From: Novakomyces olei
Lineage: Eukaryota
DNA: 64,000 bases
Assembly: GCA_016906335.1 (NCBI GenBank)
Contig: JADEYG010000015.1
Coordinates: forward strand, 62,001-126,000
Direction of reading: 5' to 3'
Shown here piece after piece: positions 36,601 to 51,248 of the stretch (positions are counted from its first letter, which is position 1; every line of letters begins with the position of its first letter). The translations under genes and the position numbers were made by a program. The notes beneath the pieces were generated by a model that worked only from the letters and a program-made list of their open reading frames with translations, had not been told where the DNA came from and did no database searches.

Positions 36601-39600
36601 TGAGCTTTGACGGGATGAAGTTTACAGAGGCCCTTCGACGGTTCCTTCAAGCCTTCCGGCTGCCAGGCGAGTCGCAAAAGATCGACAGGTTCATGCTCAA
36701 GTTTGCTGAGCGGTACATCCGAGGCAATCCTGGTGCCTTTGCCAATGCGGACACAGCCTACGTCCTCGCCTACTCTGTAATAATGCTCAACACGGACCAG
36801 CACAATCCGCAAGTGCGGAGGCGGATGAGCAAGCAAGAGTTTATTGCCAACAACCGTGGCATCGACGACGGCCACGATATACCGGACGCGTACCTTGCTG
36901 CCGTCTATGACGAGATTGCAGACAACGAGATTGTCATGAAGGACGAGCACGGACAGGCGGCTATGATGGGAATGGGCACTGTTGTTAGAGGCAGTAGTGG
37001 TGGTATTACCGGCAATATCTCGAGCGCTCTTGCCACCGTCGGCCGCGATCTGCAGAGGGAAGCGTACATGGCCGCCTCGGAGGAGATGGCGCAAAAGACA
37101 GAGACGATCCTGAAACAGCTGCTCCGCTCTCAGAGACGTGGGCTCTCGACTAATAGCAGTTATAGCAATAACAGTGGCAGTTACAGCAATAACAGTGGCA
37201 ATAACAGTGGCAATAACAGTGGCAGTTTGAGTACAACTGCAGCAGCAGCAGCTTCTGCAGCAGCTTCTGCAGCAGCTTCTGCTCGGTCAAACGTGTTTTA
37301 TATAGCTCGGCACTTTGAGCATGTCGGCCCCATGTTTGACGTAGTCTGGATGCCCTTCCTTGCAGCTCTGTCAGGTCCGCTGCAGGAGAGCGATGACGCG
37401 TCCGTTGTGGCCACGTGCCTTGCCGGGTTCAAAGACGCAATCAGGATTGCGTGCCTGTTTGACTTGGAGCTGGCGCGTAACGCGTTTGTAAGTACATTGG
37501 GCCACTTTACAATGCTCGACAATCTGCCTTCGATTAGAGGCAAGAGTGTCCTCGTTATCCATACGCTCCTCGACGTGGCCTGTGCCGATGGCAATGGCCT
37601 CCGTGGATCGTGGAAGGATGTACTGACTCGTGTCAGCCAGCTCGAAAGGCTACAGCTGCTCAGTGAAGGAGTTGACGAGAGCCTTGTTCCAGACGTTGCC
37701 CGGGCCAGAATAAGCACTGGCCCGAGCGTTAATGGCTCAAGCCAAGTTGGCTCTAGCCAAGTTGGCTCAGGCCTTGTCAGTGCAAATTCTGGCAGTCAGA
37801 GTTTGAACGGATATAATAGTAGCGGCCGTCTGTCTGTAGACTCGAGTGTTAGCCGCTCGTCCTTCCAGGCAGCCCGGCACTCCTCTCGGCGGCCATTGGG
37901 CCCTCAGCACTTGTCTCGAGAGGCGGTAGAGGCGTGTACGAGTGCCGAGACGGTGAGGCAGATGGACCGGCTGTTTACACAGAGCGCCCACCTGTCCGGT
38001 TTGGCGATTGTCGATTTCGTAAAGGCACTTTGTGCAGTGTCGCTGGAGGAGATTCAGTCCTCTGCAACGGCAGAGCAGCCGCGGCTGTACAGTCTGCAAA
38101 AGCTGGTAGAGATTTCGTACTACAATATGGGCCGTATTCGGATGGAGTGGACGAGTATTTGGGCCGTTTTAGGAGAGCATTTCAACCGTATTATAGCCCT
38201 AAATGCCTCACACAGTGTCTCTTTTACTGCTCTCGATTCGCTGCGGCAGTTGGCGATGCGGTTCATGGACCTCGAAGAGCTGCCGCACTTTATGTTCCAA
38301 AAGGATTTCTTACGGCCGTTTGAGTACGTTATGAACAGCCGTGCGCCAGTAGCGGCAAAGGAGATGACTCTCCGCTGCATTTTGCAGATGGTACAGGCAA
38401 AATCGGGACGTATCCGCTCCGGCTGGCGGACAATGTTCAACATCCTTGCCGCTGGCGCCCGTAGCGAGAACGAGAGCATAAACACACTCGCCTTTAATAC
38501 GTGCAAAAACATTATCCGCAACAGCCTCGACGACGTTATCCTGCAGGGCAGTTTTGCTGACGTCACTGTCAGCCTCTCTGAGTTTGCAAAGAACAAACGG
38601 TTCCAGAAATCAGCATTGCAAGCTGTCGAGACGCTGAGGGGGCTCATTGCCGTCGTCCTACGCAACGAGCACTGCCCTCTAAGCGAGCAGTATGCCGCCC
38701 GCCAGTCTGAGAATAAAAATAATAAAAACGATAATAACAATGACATTGTTAATAACAATAATGACATTGTTAATAACAATAATGATAATGATATTGTTAA
38801 TAACAATGATATTGTTAATAACAATGATATTGTTAATAACAATAACAATGATAGTATTGTTGATAATAACAATATTATTAATGATAATAATAATAATAAT
38901 AATGATGTCGATCCAGAGCAGGACACGTTGCTCAAGTACTGGTACCCGATGCTGTTTGCGTTCCACGATATAACGATGAACGGGGACGACTTGGAAGTCC
39001 GCTCTCGAGCTCTGTCGTACCTCTTTTCTGCGCTGGAAAAGTACGGAGCCTCGTACCCCTCAGAGTTCTGGGACGTTGTGTGCCGACAGCTCCTTTTCCC
39101 AATGTTTACGATGCTGAAATCCAACACGGAGAGCACACGCTTTGGCAGCACTGACGATCTCAACATGTGGCTCTCGACGACGATGGTACAGGCGCTGAGG
39201 GATATGGTGCGGCTGTTTACGTACTACTTTGACCTGCTCGAGCGCATGTTTGACGGTATGCTCGACCTGATTATCACCTGCTTTTGCCAGGAAAGCGATG
39301 CTCTGGCCAAGATTGGTGCCAGCTGCCTGCAGACGTTTATCGTGCAAAACGCGGCCAAGTTTTCGCCCGCTCATTGGAAGAGGCTCGTTGGCACTTTTGC
39401 ACGGCTCTTTGCCGATACTACTGCCATACAGCTGTTTGACTACCGCTCCGTCAAGGCTGCAGACCAAAAGTATGGCCACTCTAATGGCAGGGAGGCCTCT
39501 ACTGGTACTGGTACTGGTACTGGTACTGGTACTGGTACTGGTACAGAGCCACGGGAGAGTAAACCGGCTGGCCGGCACGAGCCAGGGACCCGGCGCCGTG

Positions 39601-40535
39601 ATTTCCAGCCTCTGATTGTAAAATGCGTTCTGCAGCTGCTGCTCCTCGACTCTGTCAACGATATCTTTAAAAGCGACCAGGTTTTCCAGTGTATTCCTCA
39701 CGAACACCTCGTGACGCTCATGGAGACTGTCCGCCATTCGTGGTCGTTTGCCAAACGATTCAACGACGATATCGAGCTGCGCACGAATTTGTGGAACCTC
39801 GGTAGGTTGCGGTTAAGAAAAATAAATTAAGACAAGAATAATTTTATTATTATTATTTTTTTTAAACAAGGAATATTTGCAATTTTATTAATGCCTCTCT
39901 TCACTGCTAACATCCAGGGTTCATGAAACAGCTCCCAAACTTGCTGCGGCAAGAGACAGTGGCGGCATCGACTTATACAACAATTCTTTTCAGAGTATAC
40001 AATACTCCGTCTTTGAAGGCAATTGACAAGACTGCTATAGAGGAGAAACTTGTTCCGTATGTTTTCTATATACCTGCGTCTTCATTATTTACTAATTACA
40101 GTGCGTGTCAACAAGTCGTACGGTCGTACGCGGACTTGGACCAGGAAACTCAAAACAGGAATATTCTTTCCTGGCGCCCAGTGATAAATCTGATCATCGA
40201 GTGCTATACGCAGCTACAAAACGAAGATGTATGCGCAAAGTCATTTATACATGCTTGATTCTAGTTCTCTCTTTTTTATTGTTTGTTTGTTTTGTTTGTG
40301 CTACCGATTTCTGTTTCATTATAAATACATTCCTGCTTTGTATCGTCTCGTTTCATTGTCTACTCGTTCTATTCTAACATTACAGTTTCTGAGAAACATT
40401 GCTTCGTTTTACGAATTGGCAATAATCCTGTTGCGCTGCGAAGGGATTGACGTCGGCACTCGACGGCTGCTGGCCGACTTTTTTGAGAAAAGTGGCGAGC
40501 TGAAATTAAAACTAAAAAATACTGTCAAGAATTAG
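33640..40535 (+). CDS. SEC7: Large Arf guanine-nucleotide exchange factor (Sec7/BIG), about 5 exons
   Basis: DCB/HUS motifs KDAFLVFRSLCKLS and LYLNYDCD; Sec7 domain FRLPGESQKID and LAYSVIMLNTDQHN; HDS region YSLQKLVEISYYNMGRIR; GFMKQLPNLLRQE. Confidence 0.96.
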
Positions 40536-41003
40536 GATTTTGTAGTGTATATTTATCTGACGCGACGACACAAGTTTTGGAATTGTCTCGGCGGTTTGGT
40601 TTTTGGTCGTAATTGAAAATGAATACATTGATGAAGCAGTATAATATATCTCCAAAGTAGGCAAATAACTAAACACTTTAACCCAACCCAAGTCTAATAT
40701 GCTCAAGCCAGATACGTAAAGTAAAGTCTCATAGGAATGACGCGTGCCCCTTTTGTTCTGCTTTAATATACGTGACGGAAAAAGTTGTACAATTTGGTTT
40801 TCGATATACCTTATAGACTTGTAAATGCTGTGAATACAGTTGTGCCGCTTATATTTATCTGTATGCTATTCACATTTTCTGTATATTACTAATATCTATT
40901 AGCAAAAATATGTCGAGTATTATTATATAAAACAATAATATTATTTTATCAGTAAAATAAATTTAAATATCAAATTCAACAGTCTAATCGCGCATGAGGC
41001 ATC

Positions 41004-41775
41004 ATGTCAGACACGGAAACAAAAGGCCCTGTGCCGAATCAGGGTAACTCGAGTCAGATTTATCATAATTCTTACAGCCTAGAATTGCAACTGCAGTATA
41101 ACAATTATAAAGCTACTTTACAAAGCCTCGCATCGAAAATTGGCGACCTTGAGACGGAGGCAGACGAATACAAGTACTACTGACCCAAAAGATTGTGGTA
41201 GAATTACTAACATGTTTAGGCTCGTAATTTCGACACTAGAACCGCTTGCGGGCGACAGAAAGTGTTTTCGCATGATTGGAGGCGTTTTGGTCGAACGTAC
41301 AGTGCAAGACGTCCTGCCCACTTTGAAGACGAACCATGAAGGCGTAAGTTTATGCTCCTCTATGATTTTTTACATTTTCGTTGTATACCTTGATCTGGTC
41401 ACATTTTAACTGGATAACGATAAATCGTTTACTTCATTTTAACCACTTTGACTGCGTCAAATATTTCTATCTTTTATTTAACTAATTAACTAATTAACTA
41501 ATTAACTAATTAACTAATTAATTAATTAATTAATTAATTAATCAATCAATCGTTTTGTTTTGTTTTAATTATGTTCGTCTCTTGTTTTCTTTTAGATCTA
41601 ATTTCTTATGTCTTGTTTTTGGGGTTTCTCCTGCCCTTCACCTATTGCGATTAAAATCTAATTTAAACAGATTCGAAACTTGATGGAGCAGTTATTAGAA
41701 CGGTACCAAACGCAGGAAAAACAGTTTCAAAAGTGGCAGAAAGATAACAAGGTACAGATTGTTCGTCAGCCTTAA
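41004..41775 (+). CDS. GIM4: Prefoldin subunit 2, 4 exons
   Basis: LQSLASKIGDLETEADE, DRKCFRMIGGVLVERTVQDVLPTL and last exon WQKDNKVQIVRQP*. Confidence 0.9.
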
Positions 41776-42008
41776 TTGATATCCTCGATTTGAATAATAC
41801 TCTATAATGTATAAAGTCCAGTCGTTGTAGGACTTTTTGTACATGGCCAATGCAGTGTAACACACGGGCGTTATCAAAAATCTGGAGTATATGTAACTCA
41901 AACGCTCTATATTTATGGAAATCTTCAACAATGTTGTTATAATCAGTGTGCGGATATATAGATTGCTCTATTGAATGTCGAACCTTTATCATTTCGATTC
42001 CATCATTT

Positions 42009-44850
42009 CTACTGCTTCAATTTGTACATGCCCCGGGAAACTTCCAACTTTTCGCTCTCCACCATTGCGAGCAAAAGAGTCTGTAATTCGTTAATTGATT
42101 TGGTGTAGGTATTGGGCGGAGGAACAAACATGCCCAGCATCATATGAATCCGGTTCAAATCCATGGGCCCGATATTCGTAATCATGCCGGTGACAAATGA
42201 CCCAAAAATATTCATTTCCGAGTCCATTTCCACATCGACACCGGCAATTTCTTCCTCCACTGGAACAACAATATTACTTGCAGTTTGTTGCTCAGAGACT
42301 TGCTCAACCAGCACAAATCTTTCAGCCGAATCCTCGCGCAAAACTCCGTGTTTAACCCAAAAGGCAAGATCGCGTTTCGCTAGTGCCCGAGGCATTCTTA
42401 AGGTTTTTACAATTTCATCTAGGGTTAGGGTTATTGCAGTATTTGTTGAATCGTCTTCAAAGGCGTGTAATATCGTCGCCTGAGCCGGTGTTACAATCAT
42501 GTCCAGCGTCCGATCTTGCAGCTCAATTTGTAGCTCGACTTGGCCCAAGGTAGGAACCCATAACAATGTCCGATTCTTTTGTATCTTTTCAAACATTTCC
42601 ACATAGTTTTGCATACTTGTTTGGATGGCAGGTGGCGCACTAAATGTATCTTGCCGCAGTGAAGGCCAATACAGTTTAGACAAGACAGTAGCGTTAAAAT
42701 GTTCGGCGTTGCCGGTATAGTTCTGACGCGTTTCCCCTTCAAATTGGTGATTAAAGCTCTCTGATCGCTCAAAATCTCGAAGCATTACCTCACACATGGC
42801 CAGATTGTTTTCACCAAACCGTAGCTTTAAGAGATTTAAATTTCTCAATTCTTGAGCAATATCGATCGCCTTGCTGGCCAGTAATCTGTCGCACAACAGA
42901 GTTTGAAGCTCCTTGATGAAGACCTCTTTGCTATCGTAAATAGAGACAAGACTGCCCACAATATCGAGTCTTTTTGATGGCTTTTTAAAATTAGGAGCAG
43001 CATCAATTGGGTCAGGAACCCAATCAACACTTGCTGCCTGTGTATCCTGCTCAGCGCTTATATTTTCAAGATTGAAATCATCGTCAATCAGCTCTGCATC
43101 TGACTCTAAATGCTTGCCACCCAGAATACTAATCATAATACATCTAATTGTATCCTCACGCAGCCTCAAACAGTCGCGAAAGGGGATTGAAACACGGTCT
43201 AAAAGAACTCCGGGTGGGTCCACAATCAACATGGCTTTAATCGTGTGAATGTATTTCGCAATAATGCTTACTGTATTCGCTCCAGAGTGAAGAAAGGTGG
43301 ACTGACATATTGTGCGGAAAGTATTTACAAACTGAGCTCTCTGCCTCGTCGTATGCACACATTTTTTAAGGTCCAAAAGCGCAGGCTCCGACTCAGGGAT
43401 TGCACTTACTATTCCCATTATATCTTTAGTCCGGACACGCGCCAGTTCTTCATCTGCGATATCTGTCAATTGCTTTTTAACGATACTCGGGTCAATTGCT
43501 CTCTGCCTCTCTGGGAATAGGGTTTGTAGTATTTGTATAGTGGTATTCACGAAATTTGTGAGCAAATCTCCATGAATAAGCGTGTAGCCGCTTTCGGACC
43601 ACGAATTGCTGAATCTGTTTGCGATGAATAGTGAAGTAATGTCGCTTATACTAGAGGAAAATGCCTTTTCCAGCTCTAGACCGAAACCCAGATCACGACA
43701 GTGTGATAAAAAGGTCAATAAGGGCGCAAATGCGCTGTTGTACATTCCACTTGTTGGGCTTTCAATGAACAAACGGCCATCCCGCAGCGGTCGGGAAAGG
43801 TGACTTTGACAAACTTTATACAGGTCTGATTGTAAATCTTCGAATCTCCATAAAGACCGAGAAATAGCATTGAAAGCACGTACAAAGTCGGAAAGGTGTT
43901 GTCTGAATTAGTTAGAGCGGTGCCTCGTTGAAATACAGATGTAAGCCTCGTTGAAATACAGATGTAAGGTAGAAGAATATAAACCACGTGGACACGTAAA
44001 ATAAATCCAGCAAATATATTCCGGGAGCTCCTTAATATTGCGTGACAAAGGCATAGACCTGAGGATATTATTTCAGTCACAACATTTCAGTCGCAGCAAC
44101 GACAGAATTTTAATAGTTCTCTTGAAGCAACACAAGTTTCAACGGGTAAAGATTAAAAATTGGAAAAGAAGGAGATAATGTAGAGTGCTTCTGTCTTTTA
44201 CAATAAGACAGGACCAGAGTCATAGACGAAATAGACGAACATTCTAGTCAAGAAATGTGAAGCTATTGCCACGCTGTACGCCTCGCGATATGATTGGAAA
44301 TGCAAGAGAATAATATGAGCGATTAAAAGCGAAAGAAATAAAAGCACAATGTGTAAAATGCAGGAGAAAACTTACTCTAATCCAACTGCACACAGTCGCC
44401 GCACCATCTTCCTTTGCCCCGCATGAAGAGATTTAACTTTATCAATAAACCGAGATTCGTCAAAGTCTTCTGGCACGGTACCATCTTGCTCACTATCCAG
44501 TGTTTCGCGTTGCCGTCCAAACGTGGGCTTTATCAGAGTATCCTGAATCAAAAAAGCCTGGTACTCGACGATTGTGTGAATACCGCACAAGTGCTGAAGC
44601 TTCCGCACAATCTGGTTACCTCGACTTAAATGAATTGCGGTAAACTGCTCATTGCTCTCAAAGCTCAGGAAGGGACAAAGCTCACCGAATAACTCCCGCA
44701 CTGTGTCTAAACGTCGTGCATCATAATGTACTGCCTTTTCGCCTCCTCCACTGTATAAAGCTGCCTCTTCTCCAAAGACAGAGTTCAAAATTTGCTGTGC
44801 CATTAAGGAGCATGAGCGATCAATGAAGCATCAGCCTAACCTGGAGCCAT
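42009..44850 (-). CDS. APC2: Anaphase-promoting complex subunit 2 (cullin-like), 3 exons
   Basis: LHSGANT, DPPGVLLDRVS, WVPDPIDA, LKLRFGE..CEVMLRD and LSKLYWP. Upstream exons join in frame across a ~470-nt intron. Confidence 0.93.
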
Positions 44851-44880
44851 CGCGTAATGAGTTCTTGTGCCGTACCTGTT

Positions 44881-44957
44881 TATTTATGATTATTTATTTA
44901 TGATTATTTATTTATGATTATTTATTTATGATTATTTATTTATGATTATTTATTTAT
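44881..44957. repeat. 14-bp tandem repeat (TTATTTATTTATGA) x5 in the APC2/POM33 divergent promoter
   Basis: Seen directly in the sequence. Confidence 0.88.
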
Positions 44958-45220
44958 AATATAATTATAATTATAATTATATTTATATTTACTATCTACA
45001 AATTTAAGTAAAGCTGCCCGCAGCATTACGCTCATAGCGTTGCCTGCGTGAATCACAAGATATGATGAAATTCACGAATACAGTTCCATTTTCCTCCTTA
45101 TACGTCACACGAACTATTCATCCCTTTGACAAAAGCTACCGAGAGTCGTCCACGGCAACCTCAATTTCCTTCAATTATTAACTTTTGCTGCTGTCAATTT
45201 GGCAAAGATCGCTGCAACAA

Positions 45221-46479
45221 ATGTCGTCTGCTGCTTCTTCAAGCAGACCCGGCGGAGCCAACGGTGCTGCGCGTGGTAGCAGCGGATCCTTGGGAAGCCG
45301 AGCACAGAAATTGATCCAGGTGGGTTGAGATCTCTCTTGTTCCATTGCCAAGGAAACTGACATTCAAGCAATCACAATTTGTCTGGTTCGTTGGCCATGC
45401 TGTGTTAATCCTCGCCTCCGTGTCGTTTGTCTTTACTCTGATTTTCGGACGACATTTTTCTTATTCCGCTTACCGTACTGTATTCATCGGAGCCCTTGTT
45501 TCATACTCTGTCGTGATTTATACCACGTTCAAGTCGAAAGTGAAGGTATGTAGAATTGAAGGCTTCAATTGCTGATCAGTCTAGAGAGAAGGATTTTCAC
45601 GTGATCTTGCGCTACGGGTTTGGCTAGACGAGAACGTTCAGTATTTGTGTACGCCGCTCACTCTTGATTGCCTTATTCTTTTTGTGCTTTAAATTTTATT
45701 CTACTCGTTGGATTCCAATGTCTTGTCTGTATTCCGATTCAACGCCTTTTGCTTGCCGTTGCTCTTTGTCTCTCGTTTTATAGTCTTGTCTTTTTGTTAC
45801 TATTTTCCTGACTACTTGATTAACTATTTCTCTTGCCATGATCAGGATACGCTTTTACTACATTATGCTTTATTGCAATTTGTTTTTATGATGAGGAATG
45901 TCATTTCATCCCTTTTGCCAAAACTAACTCGTAGTTCTGGCTCTTTTCTGGCTGGTCTCGCGCCCCGTGTCTATTGCCATTGTGCCCTTTGCGACTTACA
46001 GTCTATTCCATACTCTTACGTACCTTCGCAACCACATTATCCCCACTATAGTGCCAGCAGTCAAGGAGTCGACACCAGAGGCACAAAGTCATGTGGCAAC
46101 AAAGGTCTCGTCAAAAATACAGAATTTTGTGAAATCAAATTACGAAGGGGCTATGCGGTATGTTAGTGTTTTCGAATCAACTGTTCTTCCTATTCGTCTC
46201 GTGCTAGGCCTCTTGCTGCGACAGAATTCTTTTGTCTCTATCATTATTTACATACATTTTGTCCGTTTCCGTTGGGCCACGAGTCGCTATACTCGCCTTG
46301 AGATCCGCAAAAGAACTCTTCAAATTGATTATCTTGTGGGCAATCCTAATGTTCCCGAGTTTGTCCGTTTAACTTGGAACTCCATCAAGCGTGCTGCTCA
46401 AGACAATTTGTCTCAACCTTTTACCTCATCCGTTGAAGAGGCGGATAGCAGGTCTGGCGGCGCAAGAAAAACTGAATAG
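45221..46479 (+). CDS. POM33: Pom33/Per33/Tts1 (TMEM33) ER/nuclear-envelope membrane protein, 4 exons
   Basis: QFVWFVGH, YRTVFIGALVSYSVV, DENVQYL, PFATYSLFHTLTYLR and YIHFVRFRW. Confidence 0.88.
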
Positions 46480-47302
46480 GACTATATCAAAAAGCCTTGG
46501 CTTCTCTTTGTTATTGACTGAAGATTTGGCGACATTCTATCGTTGCAAATGAAAGCAGCCCTATGAAATCGCACAATTAAGATCGACAAAATAAAGAAGG
46601 GGCCATCCCATCACGTCCAGCCATTAATATTACAAGCGAAAACTCAAAGTTTCAAGTATTCTAGAAGATAATTGACAAATTGGAATCTCGTAAAAGGCTC
46701 GGTATAGTATGACATGTAGAATAAAAAAAGTAGATCACCGATGGCAGCCGTGTTATGTGATACTTGCAAGTTCAGAAAGCCAAAAAATTTATCAAAAAGA
46801 CCTTTTTATTATTTTTGAGATTGCACATTTTGAGATTGCCAACTGTTGGATTACTCCTGACACTTTACGTGTATTAATTGTAGACTTATTTAATTATTGT
46901 ATGGCACAGTTATTTTGTGTCGTTTGCGTAATATACAATATAGTGTGATATAATAAAATAAAACATGGAATTAAAGGCTTTTACATGTAAAAAACAGACG
47001 TACAATTTTATAGAAAAGCCAAAAGCTACGTACGTAAAACGGACAGAAAAAAAGATTTTTGAGCGCTAAATTGCTCGGAAAAGACGTCTGAACCGCGAAT
47101 TCATCTGAGAAAATCCGGTTCACCAGCTCAGCAGCAACTTGAATAGTCCGGTCTTTGTTTTGTCAGTCGCAAGGTTCGATAACAGTAGAGTGCTTTTGTC
47201 GTTATTGTTCAGATCACGACTACAGCTGGCTCCTTACGTACCACAGTTCGTGAGGGGTTAACTGCCGTTGTCTTTCCTCTGAGAATTGCGTTATAGTCCA
47301 AA

Positions 47303-50300
47303 ATGTCTTCATCGAACGGACTTAACTTTGGGCCTCAATGGTACGCTTACAAAGATTTTTCTCCTTTTTTCATTGTCAAGTTTTGTGTTTTGTTCACAGT
47401 TTGTTTGGAAATAGCATATTGTTTGGCTGCTTCTTTTATTACAGGGCTTCTTTTAATAATGAAGCCGACTACTAACCACAATATCTACAGGATGCGGACT
47501 TCTTTGTCCGGCTCACCCGTACTCAACCCCGATGCTACAAGTCCGGCGGTGGCTGCCTTTGACTACAATGGAGGTAGCGGGTACGAACGGTCGGCCTCCG
47601 CTGCCAATGATCCAATGTATCGGCAATTGAACACGGAGAATGAAGCAAGATCCAATGGTAATGATAAATACACTTGGAAACAGAGCACAAGATAATACAA
47701 CGGAAGGAATGAAGAAGGATGTGCTAAATGGTCTTTCTTTCTTACATTTTCATTTTTAAAATAATTAAAATGAAAAAAGAAAAAACGAAATTTTTTTAAA
47801 ATAAAAAACCAGAATTCAAAATAAAAATGGTTAGACTATGCTAACGCTATTTATAGACCGAGATTTTGAGGGTCGAATACCCGCTCCACAAGGCTCTTAC
47901 TCCACCCGACTCGAACTGAATAGTCTACTGGAATCGTCGCGTCCAAAATTTGGGGCTGCTGCCGATTCGTTCAGTAACTCTCCAATTCTTGCAGGTGCCT
48001 CTGGAGTACTGAGGTCGTTTGCGGACACTGCAGGACCAAACGCGGCTGGACCGTTTGCCTCACAGTCTCCACTGGATTCACCAAGACTTGCTAGTGCCGC
48101 GGGTGCGCCATTATTATCGTCTCGTAGTACCTCACGTCTTGCCTCGTTGAAGGCCGTCAATCCGCCCACAGAAACTGGTGACGGGAGCAGTAATGTTAAT
48201 AATATTAATAGCAGTTCGTTTCCCACTGGGGGACCTACTGCCGCCGCCGATTCCAGACTCGATGGTTCTGACTACGATATACTCCGCAATGTGGCCCATT
48301 TGACTCTGGATTCGGGCTCTACTGGAGCAGCAGCAGCAGATCCGGAAGAGTCCGGGACAGATTACGGCTCATTACGGGAAACACGGCCAAGCAGCACGAG
48401 TACCCCATTGTTTGGTGGCTCTGGAGACAAGCCGAACCCCATTCTTAGTCCTTTTGGAGACTTACCACCGATTCCTCCTCATACTACAAGGGTAATGATA
48501 ATGCCGGACAAGCAGAAATGGTACTACCTCGACCCGCAGGGAATGACGCAGGGACCCTTCTCGGGTCTGGAGATGCATGACTGGTACAGAGCCGGCTATT
48601 TTCGACCGGAGCTGATGGTTTTGCGAGAGAATACAGCTGCCTTTGAGCCCTTGTCTGTTCTCGTACGCAGAATAGGGAACCAAAGGGAGCCTTTCTTAGT
48701 CCCTTTGCCGAGCCCAACTGAAGTTCAGAGCATTGAGTCTGCAGTCAAAGGCAGTTTCCCTACCGACTTGTCCTCTGATTCTTACAGGTTCGACGCCGCC
48801 AGACAGCAGCAGCAGCCGCCACAGCCGCAGCAGAGTCAAAGTCAGGCCCATCAGCCACAGCCTCCTCTGTCTCAAAGCTTCCCGAGCTATGGGACTACAC
48901 TGACAGCAGATCAGCAAAATGCTTTAGAGAGAAGAAAACAGGAAAAGCAGTACTTGATGGTCCGTCAGCGCGAAATGATGATGCATCAGCAGCTGATTGC
49001 TCAACAAATGTCGGCACAGCACAGAATGGGTCAGCAGCAAAATAGCCTGTCACGCAGCCATTCGCCTGTTTCGCCCAATATCTCGCAGTCGAGTTTATTG
49101 TTTAATACAAGCAGCAATACGAACAATGGCCATATGAACAATAACAATATTGGTGGCAATATTGGCAATAACATTGGTACCAGTCAGGCGGCGGCCAATT
49201 TCTCTCCAAACATTGCTCCAGCTCAAGGCTTCAAATCCGAGTTGGAGAGCGGCGAAGGTTTAGGCGATACGGCTACGGCAGCAAAATTGCTGAATGAGAA
49301 CTTTTACGATTTAATGAGGGCAGCTACACCTCCTTCTGCCTCTGCTCTAGTCGGCCCCGACGCGGGCAAAAGGCTTCATTCGGCAACACCTCAGGAAACT
49401 GCCTCAGCTCAGGAAACTGGACGGTATGGAGAGGCGGCAGCGCAAGCAGATACCGATTCGAGAGCTAGCAAAGAAGGGCAGAGTACAGACGGTGTTTATA
49501 ATGGCAATAATACCGACAATAAAACTGGTAATAAGGCTGAGGATATAAAACAGTCTATTGCCCCGAGCAACAACAACCGTGCCACTCCCAAGGTCGACAA
49601 GACGGATAAAGTGTCAGGGACGCTTGATAATGAAGCGGCTACGAACCAGAAACCTCAGCCTTCTTCAACAGACAACGGTGAACGGGCTGACCATCCTTCA
49701 ATCCCGGAAAAGCCAGCGGCAATTGCTCCCTGGGCGAATATTAAATCGACCCACTCGCCGTTAACGTTTAGAGAGATCCAAGAATTGGAAGCCAAACAGG
49801 CAGAAACGAGGCAGGAAGCAGAGAGCAAACGTGCTCTTGAGCAGCGGCTATTTGATATAAAACGGGCTCAGGCCGAGTCTGTCTCTGGTCTGCCATCCAC
49901 TTCTAAATGGGCCGCTGCTGATCGTAGTGGACCTTGGTCTGGCGGAGAAAAGCCGGGGCCAGATGCCAGCCGGTCTTTGCTCGACATCCAGAGGGAGGAG
50001 GCCGCCGCTCAAAAGAGTAAACAGGCTTTGGCAAAGAAACAGCAGCAAGAAGCTCATTCGTATTCGCAGCTGGCTAAAGCATCAGTTTCTCATAATGATC
50101 TATCGAGACGTATGGGGGAAGCTGTAAGTGAACATTAAACTATTCAAAAAAAGAAAAAAAACAAAAACAAAAAAAACCCAGTGCGAAAAGAGAACCATTT
50201 TTTCAATTTCTTTTTAAGTGGATGCTCTATGGTTTCACGTCTTTTTCCTATTTTGTTTAGAATTTGAAAATACCTTAGGTTTTGTCCTTTGATTTTTTCT

Positions 50301-51056
50301 TATGACCATTTTTGCTAATGTCACAGCAAAAATCCAACACTAAACCTGCCAGTGGAGCCGATCCTGGATGGGCGACAGTCGGGGCCAATGGAAAAATTAA
50401 AGGCGGAGTTCCACTAAAAACAACTCCACCAGTTAAACCAAGTGTTTCACGGCCAGCAGTCTCTATTACACGTGCACAAGAGCCTACAAAGTCATCGGCT
50501 GTTGGCGCTCAGAATGAGCTTGCAATCTGGTGCAAGTCTACTCTAAAGGAACTGAACAAGGGAGTGAATTGTAAGTGAACAGAGCTACTTAAATAAATAT
50601 AGTTTATTTTTTTCATTTTTGGTTATTTTATTTGAGTTTGTATATACTATTCTAATTTGCGCATTATAATTATCATTGTTATTATTATTATTATTATTAT
50701 TATATCATCATTATTTCTTCTTTTATAAGTTTATTTGAAATCTCGACTCTAATTGAGCAGTCAATGAATTTCTGCAAATGCTTATGAGCTTCCCGGTCGA
50801 TGATCCTGAAACAAAAGAAATTATTTCTGATTCTGTTTATGCAAATACGGCAACAGCGGATGGCAGACGGTTCGCCAATGAGTTTATAAGGAGACGGAAA
50901 GCCATTGTAAGCGAATTAAATTCTGCAACAAACGGAGCCAAAATGCCAAATTCATCCTGGTCAAATGTGACTAAAACTGTCCCGGTTCCGCCGTCTCCCG
51001 AATGGAACTCCGCGTTTACTGTTGTGTCGAGTAAAAAGAAAAACCGACGCACATGA
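47303..51056 (+). CDS. GYF-domain protein (Smy2/Syh1/Mpd2, GIGYF-like), about 5 exons
   Basis: NFGPQW, WYYLDPQGMTQGPFSGLEMHDWYRAGYF, SLLDIQREE and IISDSVYAN..DGRRFANEFIRRRK. Confidence 0.88.
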
Positions 51057-51248
51057 AGTGGTAAAGATAATAAGAAATATCTCTAACTCACAATAAATTT
51101 ATTCAAATAAAATATTTAAATGTGAGTGAAAACAGACGGCACGCGTCGGTCAAGATTACCAACTCATGCTTGGTGGCTTGTAATAATGTATTAATGATAG
51201 GATATATTATCACATATATGAACCAATAATATAACGATATTGACACTG

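Noticed and set aside
38120-39166. 348-aa antisense ORF (also 33475-34365, 34961-35791 and 6865-7395)
   Set aside because: Shadow ORFs opposite real low-complexity or GC-rich coding sequence.
43922-43968. 23-bp tandem duplication in the APC2 intron
   Set aside because: Simple local duplication with no transposon hallmarks.
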